Source: Collinsella sp. (GTDB lineage: Bacteria > Actinomycetota > Coriobacteriia > Coriobacteriales > Coriobacteriaceae). From it: 64,000 nt of DNA. The translations under genes were made by a program, and so were the position numbers. Shown piece by piece: positions 63,208 to 64,000 of this stretch. The stretch's first letter is position 1. The number at the start of each line of letters is the position of its first letter. Under the pieces are notes generated by a model, which did not search any database, was not told the origin of the DNA, and was given only the letters and a program-made list of their open reading frames with translations. The stretch lies in contig DBFZVF010000010.1 in NCBI GenBank assembly GCA_048519165.1, forward strand, positions 177-64,176, given 5' to 3'.

Positions 63208-64000
63208 ATGCCGATTAATGATCCCGAGAAGTCGGAGAATATGCGCAAGTCCATCCGCGTGTATTCCGGTTCCTCCAACCGTCCCCTCGCTCAGAAGATC
63301 GCTGAGTACCTTGGGGTCGAGCTTTCGGGCCTTACGCTAAAGCAGTTCGCCAATGGTGAGATTTACGCCCGCTACGACGAGACCGTCCGCGGCGCCGACG
63401 TCTTCCTGATTCAGTCCGTGGCCGGCGGCAACGTCAACGACATGCTCATGGAGCTGCTCATCGCCACCGACGCTGCCAAGCGCGCATCCGCCCGCTCCAT
63501 CACCGCCGTTATCACCCACTACGGCTATGCCCGCCAGGACCGCAAGGCCGGCCCGCGCGAGCCCATCACCGCCCGCCTCGTCGCCAACCTGCTCGAGCGC
63601 GCCGGTGTCGACCGCATCATCACCCTCGACCTGCACCAGGGTCAGATCCAGGGCTTCTTCGATATCCCGGTTAACCACCTGTCCGCACTGCCGCTGTTTG
63701 GCCAGTACTACAACGACATGCACTTCGACACCGACAACCTGGTTGTCGTCTCCCCCGACGTGGGTCGTGCCAAGGCCGCCAAGAAGCTGTCCGACATGCT
63801 CGGCTGCGACCTGGCCATCGCCCACAAGGGCCGTCCGCGCCACAACGCCGCCGAGGTCATGGGCATCATCGGTGACATCAAGGGCAAGACCTGCGTCATC
63901 AACGACGACATGATCGACACCGCTGGCACCCTGTGCGCCAACGTCAAGGAGCTCAAGGCTATGGGCGCCGGCGACATCTACGTCTGCGCCACCCACGGCA
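63208..64000 (+). CDS. prs: Ribose-phosphate pyrophosphokinase; runs off the window end
   Basis: Manual translation from ATG 63208 (SD AAGGAG): SGSSNRPLA..FANGE..YGYARQDRK..DLHQGQIQGFFD..SPDVG..DDMIDTAGT. Confidence 0.97.
   Translation, partial: MPINDPEKSENMRKSIRVYSGSSNRPLAQKIAEYLGVELSGLTLKQFANGEIYARYDETVRGADVFLIQSVAGGNVNDMLMELLIATDAAKRASARSITAVITHYGYARQDRKAGPREPITARLVANLLERAGVDRIITLDLHQGQIQGFFDIPVNHLSALPLFGQYYNDMHFDTDNLVVVSPDVGRAKAAKKLSDMLGCDLAIAHKGRPRHNAAEVMGIIGDIKGKTCVINDDMIDTAGTLCANVKELKAMGAGDIYVCATHG

Overview
High-GC actinobacterial chromosome segment; gene content and protein style suggest Coriobacteriia, probably Collinsella (inference). The housekeeping backbone includes ribokinase, an OatA-like acyltransferase, NrmT/MgtE magnesium transport, ABC exporters with a two-component system, an Ech [NiFe]-hydrogenase operon with an EchA-EchB fusion, tRNA-fMet, coaX, a FolP-FolK fusion, Sir2, xth, a CbrT-like ECF transporter, glmU and prs. 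An accessory zone (about 31-53.7 kb) holds four notable things. (i) An operon of three TasA/CalY-like 'TM-AWF' proteins plus a 3558-aa GLUG-type secreted protein, a candidate uncharacterised fibre/adhesin system. (ii) Three single ATPase/nuclease/wHTH genes (one AlbA_2-HATPase_c_4, two AAA_14-DUF4143), each bracketed or preceded by its own private palindromes or phased repeats. (iii) An orphan array of ten alternately inverted 15-bp repeats with unique 25-26-nt spacers next to tRNA-fMet. (iv) A long-form bilirubin-reductase-like (HGDR) enzyme. Outside that zone are two 154-bp IR-bounded elements whose interiors are inverted relative to conserved flanks, a dispersed GGGGAC REP-like family, and a stand-alone cyanophycin-synthetase N-domain peptidase. 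All family calls are by motif recognition only; no searches were run.
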